DNA of 64,000 nt from Candidatus Eiseniibacteriota bacterium (GCA_038231135.1 JBBRLX010000004.1:154064-218063), one strand, 5' to 3'. Shown: positions 23,024 through 32,959, counted from the first letter of the stretch. Notes: generated from the sequence alone by a model not told the origin. Translations and numbers: made by a program.

Positions 23024-25063
23024 TCAACCCCGGCGCGGTCCGCGTGCTGGGCGGGATCCGCCACGCGGGGGGCCACGGCGCGGTGGTTTTCCCATGGCTC
23101 CGCCACGCCGCGGCCCGGCGGATGACCGACCCGGCGGGACGCCAAAGCGGCCCGCGGCTGTACGGGAGGCAGGCCCTCCCGTGCGTGCCGGACCGGTCGA
23201 TCGGCCGGAGCGGGCGGGGCCGGCGGATCGGCCGGAGCGGGCAGGGCCGGCGGACCGACCCGCACGGGGTCCCGCGGCGGGACGCCCGGAGCGGCCGCCA
23301 CCCAACGCCGATCCCGACCTGCCGGAACGCGGGATCGAACCGGCGCCAAAATTGGGCGTGCTACGCCTGCCGGCCGGCACACCGCCGCTTCGCGCGAAGC
23401 CCGATCGAACCCGATCGCCCGTTGCGTTCGCGCCGGCCCGCGGACCGCGCCCTCGCGGGGCGCCACCCGCCGAGCGCGACCCCGCACCGGAACCGCGGGG
23501 GCTCGCACTGGAACCGCGCGATCCCGCACCGGAACCGCGGGGGCCCGCACTGGAACCGCGCGATCCCGCGCCGGAACCGCGGGGGCCCGCACTGGAACCG
23601 CGCGAGCCCGCGCCGGAACCGCGGGGCCCGCCGCGCGATCCACGCCGGCCGTCGTATGCGCCACCCCGATCCTCGCGCGAGCGGCTGCCCGCACCGCGGA
23701 AGCCACCCGGTCGCGGGCCACGTTCCCCGGCCGGACTCGGACGTTCCGCGCGCGGGCCGCGAACTGCGCCGCCGCGTGGGCCACCGCGATCGCCGGGCGA
23801 GTCCGGACGCGCCGCGCGTGGGCCGCGCGGTGCGCCGCCGCGCGCGGGCGGCGGACCCGGATGGTCGGCTCGCGGTCGGAATTCGCCGCCGCGCGCGCCG
23901 GCACGTTCGCGCCGTTCCGGACGATCCTCGCGCGTGACGGTGCCCTCACCGCCACCCGGCCGCCGCTCGGGGCCGCGCGATGGGCGTTCGTCGTACGCGC
24001 GTGCGCGCGCACCGCGATCCGCCACCGGCCGTGGTCGCGACGGCCGCGGACCGCCGCGTGACGACGGGACTCCGGTCCGCGGACCGCCGCGTGCCGACGG
24101 GGCTCCGGTCCGCGGACCGCCGCGTGACGACGGGGCTCCGGTCCGCCGGTCGTCGCGCGGCTCCGCGGTCGGATCGCGATAGCCCATGTAGCCCGCGTCG
24201 TCATCGGTGTCGCCGAGCTCCGGTTCCGGCGCGCTCCCGGCCGCGGCGATCGCCGCGCGGCGGGCGGCATTCCGGTCGGTCGCCTGCCGGCGCTGGTCGC
24301 GATCGAATTGCGTGAGCCGGGGTCCGCGCCGCGCTCCGCTCGGGCGCGCCGACGCGGCGCGCAGGCGCGCGACCTCGTCCTCCGACAACTCGCGCCACAT
24401 CCCGCGCGGCAGCGGTCCCAGCCGCACCGGCCCGTAGCCGGCACGATGGAGCGTGAGCACGCGCAGTCCCACCGCTTCGCACATGCGGCGCACCTGGCGG
24501 TAGCGGCCCTCGTGAATCGTGATCGCCACCATGGTGCCCTGATCGGTGGTCTCCACGAGGTGCGCGCGCGCCGGCGCGCTGGTGACCCCGGGCTCGAATT
24601 CCACGCCGCGCTCGAGCTGGCGGAGCTGCCCCGGCGACGGCTCGCGGTCGACCCGCACGCGATAGTGCTTCTCGACGCCGTAGCGGGGGTGCATGAGCCG
24701 ATGGGCCAGCTCGCCGTCGTTGGTCAGGATCAGGAGACCGCTGGTGTCCGCGTCGAGCCGGCCGACCGGAAACACCCGAGCGCCGGCCGGGAGGAATTCG
24801 CGCAGCGTGCGGCGCCCCTCCGGGTCGTCGAGCGTGGTGATCACGCCCACCGGCTTGTTGAGCGCGAAATACCGCAGCTCCGGCGCAGCGGGAATCCTGC
24901 GCCCGCGCACCTCCACGGAGTCACGTTCGGGTTGAACCTGGGTGCCGGGCTCGCGCACCACCTCCCCGTTCACGCGCACCAGTCCTTCCTGGATCATCGC
25001 GTCACATTTCCGCCGGGCCCCGAGACCGCGCTGCGCGAGCAGCTTGTTGAGCCGAATCGTCAC
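23024..25063 (-). CDS. rluB: RNA pseudouridine synthase (RluB/RsuA family) with a long Arg/Gly-rich tail
   Basis: S4 domain RLNKLLA, NKPVGV, GRLDADTSGLL, EGRYRQVRRM; lies downstream of scpA-scpB. Confidence 0.9.
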   Translation of the reverse strand: MTIRLNKLLAQRGLGARRKCDAMIQEGLVRVNGEVVREPGTQVQPERDSVEVRGRRIPAAPELRYFALNKPVGVITTLDDPEGRRTLREFLPAGARVFPVGRLDADTSGLLILTNDGELAHRLMHPRYGVEKHYRVRVDREPSPGQLRQLERGVEFEPGVTSAPARAHLVETTDQGTMVAITIHEGRYRQVRRMCEAVGLRVLTLHRAGYGPVRLGPLPRGMWRELSEDEVARLRAASARPSGARRGPRLTQFDRDQRRQATDRNAARRAAIAAAGSAPEPELGDTDDDAGYMGYRDPTAEPRDDRRTGAPSSRGGPRTGAPSARGGPRTGVPSSRGGPRPSRPRPVADRGARARAYDERPSRGPERRPGGGEGTVTREDRPERRERAGARGGEFRPRADHPGPPPARGGAPRGPRAARPDSPGDRGGPRGGAVRGPRAERPSPAGERGPRPGGFRGAGSRSREDRGGAYDGRRGSRGGPRGSGAGSRGSSAGPRGSGAGSRGSSAGPRGSGAGSRGSSASPRGSGAGSRSAGGAPRGRGPRAGANATGDRVRSGFARSGGVPAGRRSTPNFGAGSIPRSGRSGSALGGGRSGRPAAGPRAGRSAGPARSGRSAGPARSGRSTGPARTGGPASRTAAGRFGVPPGRSSAGPRRGGAMGKPPRRGPPRGGSRPARGPRRG
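23481..23628. repeat. 42-bp tandem repeat (about 3.5 copies) in the rluB tail
   Basis: Units at 23481, 23523, 23565 and 23607 encode GSRGSSAGPRGSGA. Confidence 0.85.
24045..24143. repeat. 33-bp tandem repeat (3 copies) in the rluB tail
   Basis: CGCGGACCGCCGCGTG(A/C)CGACGGG(A/G)CTCCGGTC x3, encoding RTG(A/V)PS(S/A)RGGP. Confidence 0.85.
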
Positions 25064-26136
25064 CGTCGGCGTGTCGGCGGGGTCGTTCCCGCGACTACGG
25101 GCGTGACGGATCCGTTGCCGGCGCCGCCGCGGCCTTCGTTCACCAGCTCCTCGTCGTCGCCATCGTCGCCATCGTCGTCGTCGTTGTCGTCGAGATCGTC
25201 GTCGTCCTCGTCGTCGTCGAGGCCGGCGTCATCGTCGTCGTCGAGATCCTCGTCGTCGTCGTCGTCGGCGTCGTCCTCGTCGTCGTCGAGATCGTCGTCC
25301 TCGTCGTCGCGGGCGGCGGCGTCATCGTCAACCTCGTCGTACACCTCGTCGTCGATGATGCCGTCCTCGTCCGCCTCCCGTTTGCCGGGCAGCGTGTCCT
25401 CACGGATATCGAGCGATGCGTTCAATGTTCCCTCCCGGCGTTCGAGTTCCGCGTCGGCACGCTCGTCCGCCGTCGGCGGCTCGGCTTCGAGCGGCAATGC
25501 CTCGTGATGGCCGACCATGATCCCGCCGGCGGCTTCCGCCGCGGCCAGATCGGCGCCGACCTGCGACACCACTTCCAGCTCCATCATCTCCAGCTGCTCC
25601 GGCTCGCGCGCGGCGACGAGCGCACGCAACTCCTCGGGCCGCGGCAGTTCGGCGAGATCGCGCAGGCCGAAGTATTCGAGGAACTCCTGGGTGGTGCCGT
25701 ACAGCAGCGGCCGGCCCACGACCTTCGAGCGGCCGCGAATCGTCACCAGGTTCCGCTCCATGAGCGTCGCCAGCACCCCGCTCGAATCGACGCCGCGGAT
25801 CGCCTCGACCTCGGACTTCGTGACCGGCTGCTTGTACGCGATGATCGCCATGGTCTCGAGCGCCGCGCGCGACAGCCGCATCCGGCGCTTGCCGCGCAGC
25901 AGGCGTCCGACCCATTCCGACTGCTGCGCCGTCGTCACCAGCATCCATCCGCCGGCGATCTCGCGCAGCTCGACGCCGGCTTCGCGCGCCTGGTAAGCGC
26001 CGCCCAGCTCGTGGAGCCCTTCGAGCACCGCCTCGGGACTCACGTCGAGGGCCTCGGTCAGGAGCCCGATCGGCAGCGGCTGATCGGACGAGAACAGCAG
26101 GGCTTCAATCGCCGCGTTCAGGCTGCTGGGAGGCAT
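25060..26136 (-). CDS. scpB: SMC-Scp complex subunit ScpB with an acidic tail
   Basis: IEALLF, LSRAALETMAIIAYKQPVT, IRGVDS, GRPLLYGTT.FL..FGL. Confidence 0.95.
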   Translation of the reverse strand: MPPSSLNAAIEALLFSSDQPLPIGLLTEALDVSPEAVLEGLHELGGAYQAREAGVELREIAGGWMLVTTAQQSEWVGRLLRGKRRMRLSRAALETMAIIAYKQPVTKSEVEAIRGVDSSGVLATLMERNLVTIRGRSKVVGRPLLYGTTQEFLEYFGLRDLAELPRPEELRALVAAREPEQLEMMELEVVSQVGADLAAAEAAGGIMVGHHEALPLEAEPPTADERADAELERREGTLNASLDIREDTLPGKREADEDGIIDDEVYDEVDDDAAARDDEDDDLDDDEDDADDDDDEDLDDDDDAGLDDDEDDDDLDDNDDDDGDDGDDEELVNEGRGGAGNGSVTPVVAGTTPPTRRR

Positions 26137-27085
26137 GGATAGGGGTCTCCTGTTCGGTCCGTGGCAGAATCGTGATGTCGGCGAAATTCTCCGCCTGGAT
26201 CACCCGTGCCTGTCCCAACTTGATCAGCTCGAGCAGCGCGATGAACGTAACGATCATCTCCGCCCGTCCGCGGCAGTCGTGCAGCAGGTCGGTGAACGAC
26301 ACGCTGCGCCGGTCCTCGAGCGCGTGCAGGATCAGCGCGATCTTGTCGTCGATGTCGAACGGCTCGCCCTGCACCTCGTAGAGCGGCTGCTCCACGGGCG
26401 CCCGCGCGAGCACGCGGTTCAGGGCGTCGAGCAGATCGAACAGCGTCGCGGGCGCGAGCGGGCGCGGGCCCGCCTCGTCCTCGGACGGTATCATGCCGCG
26501 CACGTGGAGCTGTCTGCGCTCCTCCTCCCGCAGCTTGAGAGTGTTCGCCGCCTCCTTGAACTGGCGGTACTCGAGCAGCCGCTGCACCAGCTCCTCGCGC
26601 GGGTCGCCCTCGTCCTCCTCCTCACCCAACGGCGGCAACGGCAGCAGCATCTTGGCCTTGATGCGCATCAGCGTCGCCGCCACCACCAGGAACTCACCGG
26701 CGAGGTCGAGATCGAGCGACCGCATCAGCTCGATATAAGCGAGATACTGCGAGGTGATGTGCGCGATCGGGATGTCGTAGATGTCGATTTCATCGCGCTT
26801 GATGAGATGGAGCAGCAGGTCGAGCGGGCCTTCGAAGCGCTCGAGCTTGATGGTCACGGTGCCGGGCCGGGTGCCGGGAGCGGTCGAAGTGGGCCATGCC
26901 GAACCGGACGGCGCCGCCGTGGCGGCGGCGTCCGCGGCGGCGCGCCGGGCACGGGGACGCACACCGACCCGCGCCTCGAGCGCGGCGCGGTCCTCGGAGT
27001 CGGCGGGCGCCGGGGTGTCCCCGCCGTCGGACGCGGCGTCGGCTTCGAGCGCCTCGAGTTCGTGCTGCAGATCGTCCTTCGTCAT
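26105..27085 (-). CDS. scpA: Segregation and condensation protein ScpA
   Basis: FEGPLDLLLHLI, EFLVVAATLMRIKAKMLLP, TFIALLEL. Confidence 0.95.
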   Translation of the reverse strand: MTKDDLQHELEALEADAASDGGDTPAPADSEDRAALEARVGVRPRARRAAADAAATAAPSGSAWPTSTAPGTRPGTVTIKLERFEGPLDLLLHLIKRDEIDIYDIPIAHITSQYLAYIELMRSLDLDLAGEFLVVAATLMRIKAKMLLPLPPLGEEEDEGDPREELVQRLLEYRQFKEAANTLKLREEERRQLHVRGMIPSEDEAGPRPLAPATLFDLLDALNRVLARAPVEQPLYEVQGEPFDIDDKIALILHALEDRRSVSFTDLLHDCRGRAEMIVTFIALLELIKLGQARVIQAENFADITILPRTEQETPIHASQQPERGD

Positions 27086-28137
27086 CGCACCACCGCCGTG
27101 GAGGCCTTGAGCCCCATCGCGCTCCGAACCGCGTCCATCGTCGCCACCGCCACGCCGCGCGCGCGCTTCGCGCCGTCGTTGAGGATGTCCCGCACGTCAT
27201 CGGGCCGGGCCAGCAGCCGGGCACGGCGCTCGCGCACCGGCGCCAGCGTGTCCGTCAGCACCTGCGCGAGATGCTTCTTGTCGGGCACGCATGCGAGTTC
27301 GCCCGCCCGGCAGGCCCTGGCGATGTCGTCCGCCCCGGCCGGATTGAACTTGCGGTGATACTCCCACACCACACACCCCGGATGCCCGTCCAAAGGGTCG
27401 GCCGCGGGCCGCCCGGGGTCGTTGGCGCGGAGCTTCTTGGGGTCGGTGTAGGCCTTCTTCACCTTGGCCTCGATCGCCTCGGGCGGGTCCGTGAGCAGGA
27501 TCGTGTTGCCGACCGACTTGCTCATGCGGTGACTGTCGGTGCCCCGCAGCCGCGCGAACGCCGTGAGCATCACATCGGGCTCCGGGAACACCGGCTCGCG
27601 GTCCTTGCAGTAGAGGAAGTTGAAGCGCCGCGCGAGCTCGCGCGTCAGTTCGACGTGCGGCACCTGGTCCTCGCCCACCGGCACGTGCGTCGGCCGGTAG
27701 AGCAGAATGTCCGCCGCCTGCAGCACCGAGTAGCCCAGGTGACCGTAGGAGATGGTCTGCTCGTCCATGCCGAGATCGCGGATCTGCTCCTTGAGCGTCG
27801 GAATGCGCTCGAGCCGCGCCTTGCTCACGAGCATCGACAGCAGCAGGTGGAGTTCGGCATGCTCCTTCACGTCCGATTGCACGAAGATCACGCTGTTCGC
27901 GGGCTCGAGCCCGGCGGCGATCCAGTCGACGACCATGTCGAACGTGTCCGACTGGAGGTTCGAGGTGTCCTCGTAGCCGGTCGTGAGCATGTGCCAGTCG
28001 GCCACCATGCAGAAGTTCTCCCAGCCCTCGTTCTGCAGCCGGATCCAGTTCTCGAGCGCACCGACGAAGTTGCCGAGGTGCATGCGGCCGGTCGGGCGCA
28101 TGCCGGACAGGATGCGACCGCGGGCGCCGGAGGTCAT
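27082..28137 (-). CDS. trpS: Tryptophan--tRNA ligase
   Basis: SGMRPTGRMHLGN, LQAADILLY, VPVGEDQ, RMSKS. Confidence 0.96.
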   Translation of the reverse strand: MTSGARGRILSGMRPTGRMHLGNFVGALENWIRLQNEGWENFCMVADWHMLTTGYEDTSNLQSDTFDMVVDWIAAGLEPANSVIFVQSDVKEHAELHLLLSMLVSKARLERIPTLKEQIRDLGMDEQTISYGHLGYSVLQAADILLYRPTHVPVGEDQVPHVELTRELARRFNFLYCKDREPVFPEPDVMLTAFARLRGTDSHRMSKSVGNTILLTDPPEAIEAKVKKAYTDPKKLRANDPGRPAADPLDGHPGCVVWEYHRKFNPAGADDIARACRAGELACVPDKKHLAQVLTDTLAPVRERRARLLARPDDVRDILNDGAKRARGVAVATMDAVRSAMGLKASTAVVR

Positions 28138-28139
28138 CG

Positions 28140-28330
28140 CGCTCCCGCGAGCGTCCGGGTGAACTCACAGGCACCCGGGCCAAGTAGAGCGGCGGAACGG
28201 GAATGAGATGGATGATCGCCAGCGCGCAGTTCCACAGCACCCCCGAAGTACCCATGACGCGCAGCGGCGCCCAGAATCCCTGCGCGGGCGCGATGACCAG
28301 CGGATCGAGCACACTATCCGGAATCGTCAT
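28140..28330 (-). pseudogene. Decayed fragment of a site-2 protease (M50) gene
   Basis: Translates WNCALAIIHLIPVPPLYLARV, compared with the M50 motif N..LA.FNL.P.PPLDG; sits just upstream of trpS. Confidence 0.55.
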
Positions 28331-28435
28331 ACGGGTCAAGCAGTTGCGGCTTCAAGTGACACTTGAAGCCGGACCCGCACCGCGCTGCCGATGAACGGTT
28401 GCCGGGCCCACGAACGATGGGATAGCGTGGCGGGC

Positions 28436-28960
28436 ATGGAGCGATCGGAACGCCCCGAGGACATGGTGGGTGAGCCGCTTCCCGACCTCTCGCTACCGGA
28501 CGCGCACGGGCGGCCCTATCCGCTGCGCCAGCACTTGGGCCATGGCTCGCTCGTGCTGTTCTTCATCATCCGCAACGGCACTCCCGGCTGAGTGCGCGAG
28601 GCGCGCGAGTTTCGCGTGCACTACGACGAGTTCGTGCGCGACGGCGTTCACCTCGCCGGCGTGACGCGCGAGCCTCCGGACGCAAACCTGCGCTGGAGCG
28701 ACCGGCTCCGGCTGCCCTACCCCATGCTGTCCGACACGGACGGCATCGCGGCCCGGGCTCTCAAGGTGACGCGCCAGGTGAACCTCGGCGCCTGGAAACT
28801 CGACCTCGTGCGCCGCTGCACGCTGCTCGTCGACACCCCGGGCATCATCGCCGCGGTGTGGAGCCGGGTGCACATCCGCGGGCACGCGGCCGAGGTGCTG
28901 GCCGCGGCACGCGCGGCGAACGGCCTCAGTCGGGATTCGCCTTCACCACCAGCAGCGTGA
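28436..28960 (+). CDS. Peroxiredoxin (BCP/AhpC-TSA family) with an in-frame UGA, probable selenocysteine
   Basis: LVLFF...GTPG-UGA(28589-28591)-VREAREFR continues in frame to LPYPMLSD...RCTLLVD..G; UGA replaces the peroxidatic Cys of TPGC. Confidence 0.85.
28601..28619 (+). promoter_or_regulatory. Candidate bacterial SECIS hairpin
   Basis: GCGCGCGA-GTT-TCGCGTGC stem-loop; apical G follows the UGA after 17 nt. Confidence 0.55.
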
Positions 28961-30707
28961 GGTCGTCGTTGAGCCCGCGCTCCCGCGACCACGCGCGCAC
29001 GTCCTCGACGATGCCGGCGACGATGTCGGCGGCCGGCAGATCCGCGAGCCTCGCGATCGCGCGCTCGATACGCTCCTCGCCGAACTGCTCGCGTGTCGCG
29101 GATTCGGCCTCGGACACGCCATCGGTATACAGCACCAGCACGTCGCCGGGCGCGAGGGCGATCGGCCGTTCCTCGTAGCGCGCGTCGGGCAGCACGCCGA
29201 GCGCGACGCCGCCCTCGACCAGATAGTCGATCGTCCCGTCCCGGTGCCACAGGATCGGCGGATTGTGACCCGCGTTCGAGAAGATCAGCATGCGGTTCTT
29301 GTGGTCGAGCACGCCGTAGAACGCCGTGACGAACTTGTCGCGGTCGGTGCTCTCGTGCACCAGCGAATTCACCTTGTGCATCACCGCGCGGATCGCGAAC
29401 TCGTTGCGGATCTCCGCGAGCAGGCTCATGCGGAATCCGGCCATGATCAGCGCCGCCGGGATGCCCTTGCCCGACACGTCGGCGATCGCGATGCCGAGCC
29501 GCGTGTCCGACACCGGGATGTAATCGTAGTAGTCGCCGCCGACTTCGTCGTGGGACACGGTGGTGCCCGCGATGTCGAAGCGCGGCAGCGTCGGCGAGCG
29601 CTTGGGCAGGAACGAGCGCTGGATGTCGCGCGCGATCGCCAGCTCCTTCTCGAGGTGCCGCCGCTCGAGCAACTCGCGCGTGAGCCGCGCCCGCTCCACC
29701 GCCACCGCCGCCTGCGCGGCGAACGCGGTCAGGATCCCGAGGTGGCCCTCGTGGTAGGCGTCCTCGAGATCGCTCTCGAGGTTGAACACGCCGATCGTGC
29801 GGCCCTCGACCGCGAGCGGCGCCGCGACCTCGCTGCGCGTGTCCGGGCGCGCCGCCACGTAATGCGGATCGCGCTTCACGTCGGGCACGATGATGGGATT
29901 GCCGGTCTTCGCCACCCAGCCCACGATCCCCTGCCCCACCTGGAGCTGGAACGCGTGATCCGACCCCTCGGGATATCCCACCTCGCTGACCAGCTCGAGC
30001 GCCAGCGTGGTGCGGTTGACGAGGTAGATCGCCGCCGCGTCGTAATCCACCACCTGGTGGAGTGCCTTGAAGATCGTGACCACCAGCTCGTCGAAATCGA
30101 CCGACGCCGACAGCGTGCGGCTCACCTCGAGCAGCACTTCGCGCTCGAGCGAGCGGCGCTCGGTCTCGTCGTAGAGCAGGGCGTTGTCGAGCGCGAACGC
30201 GATGTGCTCCGCGGCGGTCACCAGGTTCTCGAGGTCGCGATCATCGAAATCCCCGCCGCCCTTCTTGTCGATGCACTCGATCGCGCCGAACGCCGCGCCA
30301 CGGCGGAACAGCGGCACCACGAGCGCGGTGCGCAGCTCGGGCACCGGGCCGCGGAACTCGGGACGCGGACCGGCCGCGGTCAGCCGCAACGGCTCGCCGA
30401 GGCCGATCACCCAGCCCGCCAGGCCCTCGCCGCGTCGCAGCCGGCGCTCGACCGGCTCGCCCTGGGGCGGGAATTCGCGCGCCACCAGCCGGCGGCCGCC
30501 GCGGCGGGCCAGCCACACCCGCACGGTCTCGGCGCCGACCACCTTCTGCGTGTGCCGGATCACCGCCTGCAGCAGGTCGTCCATGTGGGTGGCGGCCTGG
30601 AAGCCGTCGCCCGCGATGTCGCCCAGCGCCGTGATCGTGCGCAGGGCGATGTCCGAGCCCGGCGACGGCTGGGAAGGAGCGGGGTCGCTCCGCGAGGAGG
30701 TGGTCAT
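28926..30707 (-). CDS. GAF-GAF-SpoIIE (RsbU-like PP2C) phosphatase
   Basis: Two GAF domains; VGGDYYD, IADVSGKG, NAGHNPP, LYTDG, DDLT. Confidence 0.92.
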   Translation of the reverse strand: MTTSSRSDPAPSQPSPGSDIALRTITALGDIAGDGFQAATHMDDLLQAVIRHTQKVVGAETVRVWLARRGGRRLVAREFPPQGEPVERRLRRGEGLAGWVIGLGEPLRLTAAGPRPEFRGPVPELRTALVVPLFRRGAAFGAIECIDKKGGGDFDDRDLENLVTAAEHIAFALDNALLYDETERRSLEREVLLEVSRTLSASVDFDELVVTIFKALHQVVDYDAAAIYLVNRTTLALELVSEVGYPEGSDHAFQLQVGQGIVGWVAKTGNPIIVPDVKRDPHYVAARPDTRSEVAAPLAVEGRTIGVFNLESDLEDAYHEGHLGILTAFAAQAAVAVERARLTRELLERRHLEKELAIARDIQRSFLPKRSPTLPRFDIAGTTVSHDEVGGDYYDYIPVSDTRLGIAIADVSGKGIPAALIMAGFRMSLLAEIRNEFAIRAVMHKVNSLVHESTDRDKFVTAFYGVLDHKNRMLIFSNAGHNPPILWHRDGTIDYLVEGGVALGVLPDARYEERPIALAPGDVLVLYTDGVSEAESATREQFGEERIERAIARLADLPAADIVAGIVEDVRAWSRERGLNDDLTLLVVKANPD

Positions 30708-30861
30708 GGGGTGGGCGAAGCTAGCATGGGGCAACCGACCCAACAACAGCACGCAGGACGGCCCGCCCAGTGCCCCGCGGATCCCCTGAACTTCACCCCG
30801 GAGACGGCCGATAATCCACTTGCGAAGCCCTGATTTACCGACGTGCTACCCGGGGATCTCC

Positions 30862-32820
30862 ATGGCAAAGGATCACAAGCGCCTGGGCGAAATGCTGATC
30901 GAGGCGAAGCTCATCACCGAGAACGACCTCGAACGCGCGATCGCCGAGCATCGCCGCAGCGGCCGGCTGCTGGGTGCCACGCTCATCGCGATGGGCCTCG
31001 TGAAGGAAGAGGCCGTGCTCGAGGTGCTGCAGGTTCAGCTCGGGCTCAAGCTCATCGACCTCACCGACACGGTGGTCGACGAACAGGCGCTGTCGCGGAT
31101 CAAGGAGGAGGTCGCGAAGAAGTACGGCGCCCTGCCGGTCGAGATCGAGGGGCGCTCCACGCTGGTGGTGGCGATGGCCGATCCGCTCAACGTGGCGGCG
31201 CTCGAGGACCTGCGGTTCCACAGCGGCATGTTCATCCGTCCGGTGCTCGCGAGCACCGAGCAGATCTTCGAGGCGATCGAGCGCTACTATCACATCGACA
31301 AGTCGGTCAACGAGGTGATGCGCAACCTCGTCCAGGACGACGGCGACGTGATCGTGAACCGCGTTTCCGAGGACGCCGCCGAGCCGATCGACGAGCTGCG
31401 CAAGGAGGCCGAAGGCCGCCCGATCGTGCGGCTCACGAACTGGGTGCTGCATCGCGCGATCGATCTGCGCGCGAGCGACATCCACATCGAGCCCCAGGAC
31501 AAGGAGCTGGTCGTGCGGCTGCGCATCGACGGCATGCTGCAGGAGCTGCAGCGGTTTCCCAAGTGGTCGCAGAGCGCGCTGGTGTCGCGGATCAAGGTGC
31601 TGTCGAACCTCGACATCGCCGAGAAGCGCGCGCCGCAGGACGGCCGACTCCGGATCGAAGTCGAGGGCCACCGCGTCGACATGCGCGTCTCGACGCTCCC
31701 GGTCACGAACGGCGAGAAGGTCGTGATGCGGCTGATCGATCAGCGCAACGCCCTCGCCGGCCTCGACGACCTCGGGTTCTACGCCGAGGATCTGGCCCGC
31801 GTGAAGTCCTACCTGGAGCGCCCGCAGGGCATCCTGCTCGTCACCGGCCCCACGGGCTCCGGCAAGTCGACGCTGCTGTACGCGGCGCTGCGCCACATCC
31901 AGCACGTCACCAAGAACATCGTGACGGTCGAGGACCCGGTGGAGCGCCAGATCCGCGGCATCAACCAGGTGCAGGTCGACGAGAAGGGCAAGAAGACGTT
32001 CGCGGGCGCGCTGCGCGCCATCCTGCGCCAGGACCCGGATGTCATCATGATCGGCGAGATCCGCGACAAGGAGACCGCCCAGATCGCGTTCCGCGCCTCG
32101 GTGACCGGTCACATGGTGCTGTCGACGGTGCACACCAACGACGCCGCCAGTGCCGTCACGCGCCTGATCGACCTCGGCCTCGAGCCGTTCATGGTGGCGT
32201 CGTCGCTGATCGGCGTCGTCAACATGCGGCTGGTGCGAACGATGTGCCCCAAATGCCGGGACACCTACGAGGCCGACGCCGCCACGCTCAACCGGTTCTC
32301 GGGGAACGTGCGTCCCGAGGGTGCCGTCACGCTGCAGCGCGGCCGCGGCTGTGCGTCGTGCCACAACACCGGGTACTACGGGCGCACGGGCATCTTCGAG
32401 GTGCTCCCGATCGACGACCAGGTGCGCACGCTCGTGCAGCAGGGCGTGTCCGATTCCGCGATCCGCCAGGCGGCCATGGAGGCGGGCATGCACTCGATTG
32501 GCGAGGACGGTCTGCGCAAGGTGCTCGAGGGGCGCACCACGCTCGACGAGGTCAGCCGCGTCATCTACCTGGCCCAGCAGGCCGGCAAGGTGTGCCCGGC
32601 GTGCAGCTCGGTGCTGAGCCACGACTTCGAGTACTGCCCGACGTGCGGCGAGTTCGTCGGCGAGCACTGCGAGAGCTGCCACCGCCGGCTGAGCACCGGC
32701 TGGGCGTACTGCCCGCACTGCGGCAGTGACGCCTCCCACGAGATGGACGCCGACACCAAACCCAACCGGAAGCGCCGCCGCGCGCTCACGATGGACGAGG
32801 CGATGAAGAAGGCATCCTAG
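30862..32820 (+). CDS. GspE/PilB family secretion ATPase with MshEN domain and C-terminal double zinc ribbon
   Basis: RLGEML..., ASDIHIEP, GPTGSGKST, LRQDPDVIMIGEIRD, CPKC/CASC; C-terminal CPAC..CPTC..CESC..CPHC. Confidence 0.93.
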   Translation: MAKDHKRLGEMLIEAKLITENDLERAIAEHRRSGRLLGATLIAMGLVKEEAVLEVLQVQLGLKLIDLTDTVVDEQALSRIKEEVAKKYGALPVEIEGRSTLVVAMADPLNVAALEDLRFHSGMFIRPVLASTEQIFEAIERYYHIDKSVNEVMRNLVQDDGDVIVNRVSEDAAEPIDELRKEAEGRPIVRLTNWVLHRAIDLRASDIHIEPQDKELVVRLRIDGMLQELQRFPKWSQSALVSRIKVLSNLDIAEKRAPQDGRLRIEVEGHRVDMRVSTLPVTNGEKVVMRLIDQRNALAGLDDLGFYAEDLARVKSYLERPQGILLVTGPTGSGKSTLLYAALRHIQHVTKNIVTVEDPVERQIRGINQVQVDEKGKKTFAGALRAILRQDPDVIMIGEIRDKETAQIAFRASVTGHMVLSTVHTNDAASAVTRLIDLGLEPFMVASSLIGVVNMRLVRTMCPKCRDTYEADAATLNRFSGNVRPEGAVTLQRGRGCASCHNTGYYGRTGIFEVLPIDDQVRTLVQQGVSDSAIRQAAMEAGMHSIGEDGLRKVLEGRTTLDEVSRVIYLAQQAGKVCPACSSVLSHDFEYCPTCGEFVGEHCESCHRRLSTGWAYCPHCGSDASHEMDADTKPNRKRRRALTMDEAMKKAS

Positions 32821-32959
32821 GTGCGCGCCGCCCGGACCGCGTCACAGCGTTCCCCGCGGCCACCACACCTCACGGCCCTCGGGGCCGGCCGCATTCGTCG
32901 CCTCCTACCTTCCGCATCACACCCCCACCCGGCACACCCCCACCCCGGCACTGCCAGCC

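Noticed and set aside
23481..24143. Tandem repeats as a possible CRISPR array
   Set aside because: There are no unique spacers, unit lengths are multiples of 3 inside the rluB frame, and no cas genes are present.
22992..24182. Repetitive plus-strand ORF (EPRDPAPEPRGPAL repeats)
   Set aside because: It is the antisense shadow of the rluB tail and has no independent support.
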